A DNA stretch of 64,000 nucleotides from NCBI GenBank assembly GCA_902494195.1, contig CABUSH010000010.1, forward strand, positions 9,523-73,522, read 5' to 3'. This stretch comes from an uncultured Collinsella sp. (lineage in GTDB: Bacteria > Actinomycetota > Coriobacteriia > Coriobacteriales > Coriobacteriaceae). Shown one piece after another: positions 48,964-57,252 of this stretch (within the stretch, counting starts at the first letter, position 1; every line of letters begins with the position of its first letter). The notes beneath the pieces are model-generated. The model was not told the DNA's origin and made no database searches. It was given only the letters and a program-made list of their open reading frames with translations. Made by a program: the position numbers and the translations under genes.

Positions 48964-49461
48964 TTATTTCACGTAAGTAATGTCCTGTTTTGGCGCCGAC
49001 CGGGAAATAGCATAACGATGATTCCCGCGATCTTGATAAACAGGGACGAAAGAATGGTATTTTCCGCTCGTCTTAATCTTGTAAATCTCATCCACGCTAT
49101 ACGGAAGATTGGGGAAATCAGCCCTTGAGATCAGCACGAAATAATTCGAGGAATACAGTACATGATGAGCAAACTCATCAGAATGGATCTCTTTTAAGCC
49201 CTCATCGACAAATACAATCGAGTCATGAACGGACGAAAGCTGGTTTCGCCAATCATAATCGGTCAAAGCGACACAGGGACAATCACATTGCAAGGAAACA
49301 CCCGACTGCTCGCCCGTTCGCATGTAGTCTGCGACCATGTCAAACAGTGTCGTCTTACCCGTGCCGCTATCGCCACGCACAATAGTGATGTTCCGCTTGA
49401 TGGTAAATGTGTACTTAGTTCCCCTACGGCGGGAAATCTTAACGAGATGCGAACCGTTCAT
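48964..49461 (-). CDS. Minimal P-loop NTPase (165 aa), family not recognised
   Basis: Walker A GDSGTGKTT (DNA 49348-49374) and Walker B SIVFVDEG. No signature motif or other domain. Lies 9 nt downstream of the preceding ORF. Confidence 0.6.
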   Translation of the reverse strand: MNGSHLVKISRRRGTKYTFTIKRNITIVRGDSGTGKTTLFDMVADYMRTGEQSGVSLQCDCPCVALTDYDWRNQLSSVHDSIVFVDEGLKEIHSDEFAHHVLYSSNYFVLISRADFPNLPYSVDEIYKIKTSGKYHSFVPVYQDRGNHRYAISRSAPKQDITYVK

Positions 49462-49470
49462 AAGCAGTAC

Positions 49471-49908
49471 CTACAGATACGGAATCGACTCGTGAATCAA
49501 TTCGGCCATGTTGTGAACAATTCGGCCGCTATTCACGACTTTAATTTTAAAATCCTCGCGACCAAAGTCCATCACATGATAGAGATTCACAACGAGCTTG
49601 CGGCCTTTCGCCATGTCGAGAATCCACTTGGCACAGTTGTCACCACAGGTAGAAGCGTTAAAAATATGCTTACGATCAAATCTCATAAGCAGCAGCGTTT
49701 TCACGCCACCAGAAAGCTGGAGTGGGGAGATGGATCCAAGCACAGGGCTTTCGATGACGTTTTCGGAGACAACAACCGATCGATCGACATCTTTAATTAT
49801 CGAGACTGCATAGGGATCCGTAATCCAAGAAGACCGGTAAGAGTTTTTGAAATATGTCGCTGTGTTGTAAATCGCTTCTGGCATATCGCCAAAGTAGACG
49901 CTTAACAC
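49471..49908 (-). CDS. Small protein with ABC-signature-like LSGG motif (DUF4869-like by recollection)
   Basis: (V)LSVYFGDMPEAIYNT...SPLQLSGGVKTLLLM...NLYH. The GTG at 49908 lies 5 nt after GGGAG; the track ORF starts at a TTG at 49920. Confidence 0.5.
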   Translation of the reverse strand: MLSVYFGDMPEAIYNTATYFKNSYRSSWITDPYAVSIIKDVDRSVVVSENVIESPVLGSISPLQLSGGVKTLLLMRFDRKHIFNASTCGDNCAKWILDMAKGRKLVVNLYHVMDFGREDFKIKVVNSGRIVHNMAELIHESIPYL

Positions 49909-49957
49909 ATCCACTCCCAATCATATTGTCTTTATGGTCAACGTAATCATAACGAAA

Positions 49958-49985
49958 GGGGCCACCAGATAAACGGTGGCCCCTA
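49958..49985 (-). terminator. Hairpin terminator downstream of rfbA
   Basis: AGGGGCCACC-N8-GGTGGCCCCT, a perfect 10-bp stem 19 nt after the rfbA stop. On the minus strand it is followed by TTCGTTATG, a weak U-tract. Confidence 0.5.
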
Positions 49986-50003
49986 AAAGAAAACAAGCTG
50001 GCG

Positions 50004-50903
50004 CTAGTACTCGCGCGGGCTGTTGACGATCTCGCCGGCGGCGACCTTCTTCAGGTGCCGGCCGTAGACCGACTTGCCGTAGGCCTCGGCGGCCTCCTCA
50101 AGCTCCGCGGTCGTGATCCAGCCGTTCTCCCAGGCGATCTCCTCGGGCACGGACACGGGAAGGTCCTGGGAGTGCTCCACGGCGCGGACGAACTCCGCGG
50201 CCTCGTGCAGGCTCTCCATGGTGCCGGTGTCCAGCCACGCGTAGCCGCGGCCGAGGGTCACGACGGACAGCGTCCCCTCCTCCAGGTACATCTGGTTGAG
50301 CGTGGTGATCTCCAGCTCCCCGCGGGCGGAGGGCCTCACCTCGTGGGCCTTGGCGGCGACGTCGCCCGGGTAGAAGTACAGGCCGGTGACGGCGTAGGAG
50401 CTCTTGGGCTCGGCGGGCTTCTCCTCGATGGAGACGGCCCTGCCCTCCCCGTCGAACTCCACGACGCCGAAGCGCTCGGGGTCGTCCACGTGGTAGCCGA
50501 AGACCGTGGCGCGGCCCGACTCGGCGTTCTGGACGGCGCGCGTCAGGTGGCGGGACAGGCCGTTGCCGTAGAAGATGTTGTCGCCGAGCACCAGCGCGCA
50601 CGGCTCGCCGGCGATGAAGTCCTCGCCGATGGTGAAGGCCTGCGCAAGGCCGTCCGGCGAGGGCTGCTCGGCGTAGGACAGGTTCACGCCGTAGCGCGAG
50701 CCGTCCCCAAGCAGGCGCTCGAAGTTGGGCAGGTCGGTCGGGGTGGAGATGACCAGGATATCCCGGATGCCCGCCAGCATGAGGGTGCTAAGCGGGTAGT
50801 AGATCATGGGCTTGTCGTAGACCGGCAGCAGCTGCTTGCTGGTGACGAGCGTGAGCGGGTACAGGCGCGTGCCGGACCCGCCGGCGAGGATGATGCCTTT
50901 CAT
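50004..50903 (-). CDS. rfbA: Glucose-1-phosphate thymidylyltransferase
   Basis: [18 protein letters not shown] from the ATG at 50903 (GAGGA 5 nt upstream). The track ORF to 50951 adds 16 non-homologous residues. Confidence 0.9.
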   Translation of the reverse strand: MKGIILAGGSGTRLYPLTLVTSKQLLPVYDKPMIYYPLSTLMLAGIRDILVISTPTDLPNFERLLGDGSRYGVNLSYAEQPSPDGLAQAFTIGEDFIAGEPCALVLGDNIFYGNGLSRHLTRAVQNAESGRATVFGYHVDDPERFGVVEFDGEGRAVSIEEKPAEPKSSYAVTGLYFYPGDVAAKAHEVRPSARGELEITTLNQMYLEEGTLSVVTLGRGYAWLDTGTMESLHEAAEFVRAVEHSQDLPVSVPEEIAWENGWITTAELEEAAEAYGKSVYGRHLKKVAAGEIVNSPREY

Positions 50904-51073
50904 AGAATTCCTCTCAGTTGACAATCGTTGAGCAAAAGCTGCTAATTGCAAAAGAATGATTCGACAAACATAGTTATTAAAATTATATGCGCCGACAACG
51001 GCTTCCTCCTCATTCTATTAAAAACGGACAGTAGAAACACGCATCTCTTTCTGCATTTATCGCGAGGGAGGGA

Positions 51074-53545
51074 ATGAATAAGTACAATGAGCAGTGTCCA
51101 ACAAACGAAAGGCAAACAATGCGAGTCGAAACAACCGGAGTATGCAGAGGAAACTGGAAAATTTACCAGCAACTTAAAATAGAAGGCATCCATGAAGGCT
51201 CCAGCATAAAGGCTCAAGCGGCAACGGATGGCGACCGTCGCTTACCTTTGTCTCTTCTAAAATTCAAGGACAATAACGGCGAATCGAACTCATACGTTCT
51301 TGTAATCCCCGACCCCGATACCCGAGCCATTAAAGTTGAGTTTAGCGAAATCGGCCAAGACGGTCGTACCCTGAGCAGCGACTCCCTGTCGCTCAATTGC
51401 AAGAACATCAAATGGGAGTCTCGCCTTAACTACAAAATTAAACCTGACATGTGCAGCAAACTTCGAAACTACGATGACGTTTCAGAGTTTGACATGGCAA
51501 CAATTGATTTCTGGCAGTGCATCGAAGATTCAAGCGACTATATCCTTAGGTGCACGGTGAGAACACCTTATCGTAGCGACTCCCAAATTAAACTTCGCTG
51601 CCTCGATCGAGCCCTCAATGAAGTTGATTTGAGCATCGTCAATTTCGGTTCGAATGTAACAAGCGTTGGATTTACGTCCGAGAAAAAGCAACTTGAAACG
51701 CAGATCTCGGTTCGCATGCCAAAGGCGTTCAATCGTTACTACTTTGTTATTGACGATCAAAATCACCCATCATTCAGTGCATTTGACTGCTTAACGCCCG
51801 ATAAATTAGGCTTGCTTCTTGAAGAGACCAACTTCCTCTTTACCCATGCGCAGTTCGATCCTGAATACCCCGAATGGTTTACAGAGCATAAGGCAACCAT
51901 CGGCGCACTGGAAAAGCAAAAGAAAATTGTCTTTAGCAGCACTCCGAAGTTCAGCATTATTGTTCCTCTTTACAACACGCCTATTCCATTTTTTAACGAT
52001 ATGGCCGAATCCGTAAAAAACCAGTCTTATGCAAACTGGGAGCTCATCTTAGTTAATGCAAGTCCTGACAATCAGGAATTAAAGGCTCGCGTTGAACAGG
52101 AGACAGCCCACGACAACAGGATTAAATCAATTAACCTTACCGAGAATAAGGGTATTTCCGAAAACACAAACGCCGGCACTGCCATCGCTTCGGGTGATTT
52201 CGTCTGTTTCTTTGACCATGACGACATTCTTGAACCGGACTTGTTGTTCTCATATGCCGAGGCAATTGAAAACAATAATGACGTCGATCTTCTTTATTGT
52301 GATGAAGATAAACTCATGCCCGATGGAAAGCTAGCGCAGCCGTTCTTTAAACCGGATTTCAATATCGATCTGCTCAGAAACAATAACTATATCTGCCACA
52401 TGCTTACCATCCGTAAGTCCCTGCTTGACACTCTAGAACCGAACACGAAAGAGTTCGATGGAGCACAGGATCATAATCTGACTCTCCGTACCGTGGAAAA
52501 GGCAAGGAAAGTTCATCATGTTGCAAAGGTTCTATATCACTGGCGCCTAAGCGAGACCTCCACCGCAGCAAATGCCGACAGCAAGCCGTATGCCACTATC
52601 GCAGGTATCAAAGCGGTCCAGAGTCATTTGGACAGGCTTGGGCTCAATGCGAAGGTCGAACAAGCGCGTCGTCCTTTTACATATAAAGTAACCTACGCTG
52701 CGCCAGATTCCCATCCTCTCGTGTCAATTATCATTCCGACTAAAGACCACGCCGACATTCTGGACAACTGCATTACGTCAATTGTTGAGAAATCAACGTA
52801 CGACAATTACGAGCTTGTCATAATCGAAAACAACAGCACAGAAAAGGCGACGTTCGATTATTACGATAAGTTGCAAGCAAAATATCCTGACATCGTTCGT
52901 CTTGTAACTTGGGAACACGAATTCAATTTCTCCAAGCTCATGAACTTTGGCGTTGCTCACGCCAAGGGCGACTATCTCTTGCTATTGAATAACGATACTG
53001 AGGTAATTACGCCCAATTGGATCGAGACCATGCTTGGCATCTGCGCACGTGAGGATGTTGGCGCAGTCGGCGCAAAACTCTACTATCCCGACAACACCAT
53101 TCAGCACGCGGGCCTATGCGTCACCGGCGGCGTGGCGGGACATCTTTGCCAAAGCATGCCAAGGAATAACTGGGGCTACTTTGCACTCAACGATGCGCAA
53201 CAAGACTTCAGCGCTGTCACTGCAGCTTGCATAATGACCAAACGTAGCGAATATGAGAAAGTCGGAGGTTTCACCGAAGAGCTTCAAGTTGCATTTAATG
53301 ATGTTGACTTTTGCTTAAAGCTACGCGAGATCAACGACCTGATCGTATACACACCTGAAGTCGAGCTGTATCACTACGAGTCGATTTCTAGGGGCGTTGA
53401 AAACAATACGGAAAAGCAGATTCGGTTCCACAAAGAAGTCGCATACATGAATTATCGCTGGGCAAAATACTATGTCGAAGGCGATCCATACATTAACCCG
53501 AATTTCAGCGTGGGAGAACCCGGAAATCGTTACTATCATTTATAA
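51074..53545 (+). CDS. Large glycosyltransferase with two GT2 domains and an uncharacterised N-terminal domain of about 285 aa
   Basis: GT2 boxes FSIIVPLYNT...FFDHDD and VSIIIPTKDH...LLNNDTE. The alternative ATG at 51119 has better RBS spacing. Confidence 0.8.
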   Translation: MNKYNEQCPTNERQTMRVETTGVCRGNWKIYQQLKIEGIHEGSSIKAQAATDGDRRLPLSLLKFKDNNGESNSYVLVIPDPDTRAIKVEFSEIGQDGRTLSSDSLSLNCKNIKWESRLNYKIKPDMCSKLRNYDDVSEFDMATIDFWQCIEDSSDYILRCTVRTPYRSDSQIKLRCLDRALNEVDLSIVNFGSNVTSVGFTSEKKQLETQISVRMPKAFNRYYFVIDDQNHPSFSAFDCLTPDKLGLLLEETNFLFTHAQFDPEYPEWFTEHKATIGALEKQKKIVFSSTPKFSIIVPLYNTPIPFFNDMAESVKNQSYANWELILVNASPDNQELKARVEQETAHDNRIKSINLTENKGISENTNAGTAIASGDFVCFFDHDDILEPDLLFSYAEAIENNNDVDLLYCDEDKLMPDGKLAQPFFKPDFNIDLLRNNNYICHMLTIRKSLLDTLEPNTKEFDGAQDHNLTLRTVEKARKVHHVAKVLYHWRLSETSTAANADSKPYATIAGIKAVQSHLDRLGLNAKVEQARRPFTYKVTYAAPDSHPLVSIIIPTKDHADILDNCITSIVEKSTYDNYELVIIENNSTEKATFDYYDKLQAKYPDIVRLVTWEHEFNFSKLMNFGVAHAKGDYLLLLNNDTEVITPNWIETMLGICAREDVGAVGAKLYYPDNTIQHAGLCVTGGVAGHLCQSMPRNNWGYFALNDAQQDFSAVTAACIMTKRSEYEKVGGFTEELQVAFNDVDFCLKLREINDLIVYTPEVELYHYESISRGVENNTEKQIRFHKEVAYMNYRWAKYYVEGDPYINPNFSVGEPGNRYYHL

Positions 53546-53600
53546 AGTGTTAGCTTAATTCCGCGCTTTCTAATTTTAGCCTTATTAAAATGCGACCAAT

Positions 53601-53638
53601 AGTAAGGGAATCGAGGGTCAACCCTCGATTCCCTTACT
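53601..53638. terminator. Bidirectional hairpin terminator between convergent genes
   Basis: AGTAAGGGAATCGAGGGT-CA-ACCCTCGATTCCCTTACT, perfectly complementary 18-nt arms. Confidence 0.6.
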
Positions 53639-53735
53639 ATGAATAATTGCATTCCATACATGATATACAGTTAAGAAGCGTTTGTGATTCGATACACAAG
53701 CAGGCGTTGATTCCGCATGCTGGCCAGAATCCGCA

Positions 53736-55583
53736 TCATTCCAAAGGCGTATTTAAAACCCAGCCCCACTGTGGTATAGCAGTAGTGTGGTAGTAGTTCA
53801 GCCACCAAGCAAGTGATGTTGTCCTGATGTAACCGATGTTATCCATAACCATACCGTTTCCGATATAAATAGCAATATGGCCCCAGCGGGCACCAGCACT
53901 TGTATGAGTATGCATAGGGACCGCAACGATCATTCCAACTTTAAGCTGAGATATATCTCGACTGTGACACCAATTCCAGAACATGTCGCATGCGTCGCCG
54001 TTGGGATATGACCCCAGCACGGGGTAAAACACATGGCTAACCCACTCCGAGCACAGTCCCGCCCCAGGAGAAGGAACGCTATGGCAACGATTAACGATCT
54101 GGGACTGCAAGGAGGTGCGCGCGGAGTGCTCAGGCTCCACCCAAGCACCTGAGGCATTAAAGAAATACTCGGAGTCTCCAATTCTGTTCCAGCCATTTAC
54201 CATTTGTCCAGAAGACATAAGGTAGTACCACGTTCCATCATCATCGAGGAACCAGCCAGTATTCATGGCTCCGGATTCGTTGTCGAGGTGATACCACCTA
54301 CCGTCAATGAATCGCCAACCGCGCTGCAGAACCCCATCTGAGTCTGTGTAAAACCACATCTGTGCAGCTGAGGACCAATACCAGCCAGCGAAAGGCTTTC
54401 CCTCGGGGTCCCTGAGCTTAATTCCGCCCGCGCCGTCCTTGACGCCCGAAAGCACAATCGCACCACTGTTGCACGCATAATATACGTTTTCATCTTGTGA
54501 GAAGACCCAAGCGTTGCACTTTAATGCACCGCCGCTATCCGGATCCAAATAATAAATGGAGCCATTTACAGTTTGAAATCCTTCCAGCATGGCGCCATTA
54601 TTATTGGAGTCTAACAAATACCAGCTAGAACCATTGTAAAACCAACCGGTACGAATCTCTCCCGATGCGTTGGAGCAATACCATGCCCCATCGTTAATAA
54701 ACCAACCGGAGTTCATAGAACCGGATTCGGAAAAATGATACAAAGAGCCGTTAACAAGCCTAAAGCCCGTAGCCATTAATCCAGAAGGCTCAAGCCAGTA
54801 CCAAGTATTGCCAAGGAGTAGCCAGCCGGTCTGCATAGCGCCCGAACCGTCCAAATAGTACCAGCTATCATCAATTAAAACCCAGCCGGTCTTCATTGAG
54901 CCTGATGTCTCGTCAAGGTAGAACCAACGTCCGCCGGTGACAGCCCATCCCTTCAAATGTACACAGGAGTAAGAAAATAAATGCCAGCCATCGTTCAAAT
55001 ATTTCCAGCCAGTAGCTGCATAACCCTCAGAATCAAAATAATACTCCTTCCCTCTAATGGTCAGAAAACAGTTTGACGGCCAACCACCAGCCTCATATCT
55101 CCACCACCATTTACCGTTTTGGTAGACCCAAGAACCAGGAAGAGCGATGTTATTATCAGAGGATCGAACGATCTGGAACGACAGCTGAAAGGTAACGCCG
55201 GCGTAGTTCCCTAACCCATTCACTCTTATAGTGGCGCAGCCAGGGGCAACATTATCTGAATACGCGACTTCATAATTGATTCCACTTGCTAGTACAGAAC
55301 CGTCGGCAGTCAAAACAGAGACATCAGGAGTAATCACATCGCCAGTATATTCATATATCGACGAATCGATAGATGCTTTGAAATTACCGGGATCCAAAGT
55401 CAAGCGATCGCTGCCCGATGTCCCAAATGCTTCCTGACCCGATTGAACCAAAGAGCCATCAGCGCCTTCAGCCACGCAATCTTCAGTTAATGAAAATGCG
55501 ATTGTGGGCCATAAAAGAGAGGTGAAACAAATTGATGTTAGAAAAATCACGGTGATTAAACTTAAATGTCGATATTTCAGCAT
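53736..55583 (-). CDS. Secreted cell-wall hydrolase: Ig-like (MBG-type) domain, cell-wall/choline-binding-type repeats, C-terminal NlpC/P60- or CHAP-like domain
   Basis: Signal peptide; YEYTGDVITPDV..GNYAGV; many GW..xxGxWYY(L/F)DxxGAMxTGW repeats; a C-terminus with GLCSEWV (Cys) and GHIAIYIGNG (His). Confidence 0.8.
   Translation of the reverse strand: MLKYRHLSLITVIFLTSICFTSLLWPTIAFSLTEDCVAEGADGSLVQSGQEAFGTSGSDRLTLDPGNFKASIDSSIYEYTGDVITPDVSVLTADGSVLASGINYEVAYSDNVAPGCATIRVNGLGNYAGVTFQLSFQIVRSSDNNIALPGSWVYQNGKWWWRYEAGGWPSNCFLTIRGKEYYFDSEGYAATGWKYLNDGWHLFSYSCVHLKGWAVTGGRWFYLDETSGSMKTGWVLIDDSWYYLDGSGAMQTGWLLLGNTWYWLEPSGLMATGFRLVNGSLYHFSESGSMNSGWFINDGAWYCSNASGEIRTGWFYNGSSWYLLDSNNNGAMLEGFQTVNGSIYYLDPDSGGALKCNAWVFSQDENVYYACNSGAIVLSGVKDGAGGIKLRDPEGKPFAGWYWSSAAQMWFYTDSDGVLQRGWRFIDGRWYHLDNESGAMNTGWFLDDDGTWYYLMSSGQMVNGWNRIGDSEYFFNASGAWVEPEHSARTSLQSQIVNRCHSVPSPGAGLCSEWVSHVFYPVLGSYPNGDACDMFWNWCHSRDISQLKVGMIVAVPMHTHTSAGARWGHIAIYIGNGMVMDNIGYIRTTSLAWWLNYYHTTAIPQWGWVLNTPLE
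54129..55130 (-). repeat. Coding tandem repeats of about 20 aa (about 60 nt), cell-wall-binding type
   Basis: Residues about 152-485 of the hydrolase, with recurring TGW/NGW...WYYLD...SG.M units. The copies are degenerate at DNA level. Confidence 0.7.
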
Positions 55584-55842
55584 TTTTCTCTTCTCGCCAA
55601 ATCAAATTCACCTTTGAATATCCAGGTGTAGTCGACCCAGAGATGCAGTTACCAAATCAATTAATATGCAATACAATTCGCTTGATATGAAGCACCAGAT
55701 AAAACGATACGGCAGCCAATATAGGGATTGTCTATTTGTTAGACAATTCACAACCGACAGTCGGGCGCGATCAATGTGCGCAAACTTAGGAGCCCTTTAA
55801 TGAGGGATAGCCAAAGGAACTGAATCAAACCATGTATTGCGC

Positions 55843-56196
55843 TCATTCATGATCAGGCCATTTCTCAAGTTCCTTTTCGAGCAGGGCAATTCTATGAGTA
55901 AGGTTTTTGATCGCCAAAACATGACGACTCACGGCAACGCTAAGAGACAGAGAGATTGCAAGCAACAGCACAATTGCACCCAAAAAGAGGAAATTGGCCG
56001 GGTTGACAAACCCAATAGCTGTTGAGCAACTATAAATAATCTGAGGACATAAATCACAAATCAAGGCCGCCATACACATCAAAATCCACAGCAAAGAGTA
56101 CTTAAGAAGCATCTTTCCGTTGGACACGAGACGTAAAACATAGACGAGGAATCCGCCGAAAAAGAGGGCCGCACCAATCCTCAAAATAAGATTCAT
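55843..56196 (-). CDS. Small membrane protein, DUF2304/GacJ-like
   Basis: 117 aa with three or four TM helices, LLKYSLLWIL and a C-terminal IALLEKELEK helix. The start shares one nt with the stop of the upstream GT2 (TAATG). Confidence 0.7.
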   Translation of the reverse strand: MNLILRIGAALFFGGFLVYVLRLVSNGKMLLKYSLLWILMCMAALICDLCPQIIYSCSTAIGFVNPANFLFLGAIVLLLAISLSLSVAVSRHVLAIKNLTHRIALLEKELEKWPDHE

Positions 56197-56942
56197 TATT
56201 TGTCTCCCCTATGAACCCAGCACACAAGAACAATAGCTAACGTGACCTTGATCATATAGTAGACGGAAGAGAAGCCCCCGATGGACGAACGTCCGCCCTG
56301 GCGCTCATTCATCTTTACAGGCGCTTCCATAACGGGAAGACCAAACTTCATAGCCAAAGCAATCGACTCTGGCTCCGGATAGTCATCAGGATAACTCTTG
56401 CAGAACAGGTCGATAGCATCTTTATTACAGGCCCTAAAGCCAGAAGTGGGATCGGTGACCACCTTGCCCGTAAGCAACTCGAGCAAAAATGAAAGCCACC
56501 TGATTCCAACGCGACGCATAAAAGTTGATCGAAAACCATCAGTCTCAACTAGAAATCGAGAGCCTATCGCCAAACTCGCCCCGCCCTTAATCAGCTTTAC
56601 AAGCTCAGGAATATAAGAAGGGTCATGTTGGCCATCGCCGTCAACCTGAATGTCTATATCATAGCCAAATCTCTGCGCATACTTATGGCCCGCTTGGACC
56701 GCCCCGCCGATACCAAGGTTCTGTGGCAGGTCCAATATGTTGATGCCATGCTCTCGACAAAGCTCAAGCGTTCCATCTTGTGAGCCGTCGTTGATTACGA
56801 CATAGTCATATCCCGCAGCTTTTATAGACGCAACGGTATCGAGAATGCACTCCTGTTCGTTATAGGCAGGAATTATTACGAGAACACGCGGATATCCTTT
56901 TGAACATGTTGTTGCAGCAAGAGACAATCGAGATTCATCCAT
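56196..56942 (-). CDS. GT2 polyprenyl-phosphate sugar synthase, GacI-like (no TM helices)
   Basis: Contains VLVIIPAYNEQ and VDGDGQHDP, 248 aa, translationally coupled to the DUF2304 gene. Confidence 0.85.
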   Translation of the reverse strand: MDESRLSLAATTCSKGYPRVLVIIPAYNEQECILDTVASIKAAGYDYVVINDGSQDGTLELCREHGINILDLPQNLGIGGAVQAGHKYAQRFGYDIDIQVDGDGQHDPSYIPELVKLIKGGASLAIGSRFLVETDGFRSTFMRRVGIRWLSFLLELLTGKVVTDPTSGFRACNKDAIDLFCKSYPDDYPEPESIALAMKFGLPVMEAPVKMNERQGGRSSIGGFSSVYYMIKVTLAIVLVCWVHRGDK

Positions 56943-57252
56943 TCCAAAAAAGTTGGCTCTTAGCGACGCTCAAAGAAATTGCGACCCTTACAGCCCAACG
57001 CACAGCTTAACTCAAACTTAAGTTTACAGTATCCTGACTAGCCATCGCGAAGTTACATCTCAAGCTTAGATATTTAGCTTGCTCAACTGGGGCCCACATG
57101 GAGTCCCTACCCATCATAGCGGGGTAAGGGCCCCGTGCACATCTGTCTCAAATGCGGGACGCATGTCCTGAGTCCTCAACGCCGTCCCATTCGAACCAAC
57201 CGAATCCAACTATGTGCCCGATTCTCCTATAACCATGACCTATAGCGCTAGT

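Noticed and set aside
54129-55130. Periodic repeats of about 60 nt; possible CRISPR or tandem repeat array
   Set aside because: The periodicity is in-frame coding repeats (cell-wall-binding motifs) that are degenerate at DNA level. There are no identical direct repeats with unique spacers here or anywhere else in the window.
55727-55747. 8-bp palindrome ATTGTCTA-N5-TAGACAAT upstream of the hydrolase gene; possible operator
   Set aside because: It is short and AT-rich in an AT-rich spacer, about 150 nt from the start codon. It is indistinguishable from chance without comparative data.
57190-57215. tRNA-like fragment ATTCGAACCAAC matching the T-arm of tRNA-Arg(CCG); possible att remnant
   Set aside because: Only 12 nt are identical and the flanks do not match the acceptor 3' end. 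No T-stem can be folded. A match of this length is about what chance gives when comparing a 77-nt query with 64 kb on both strands.
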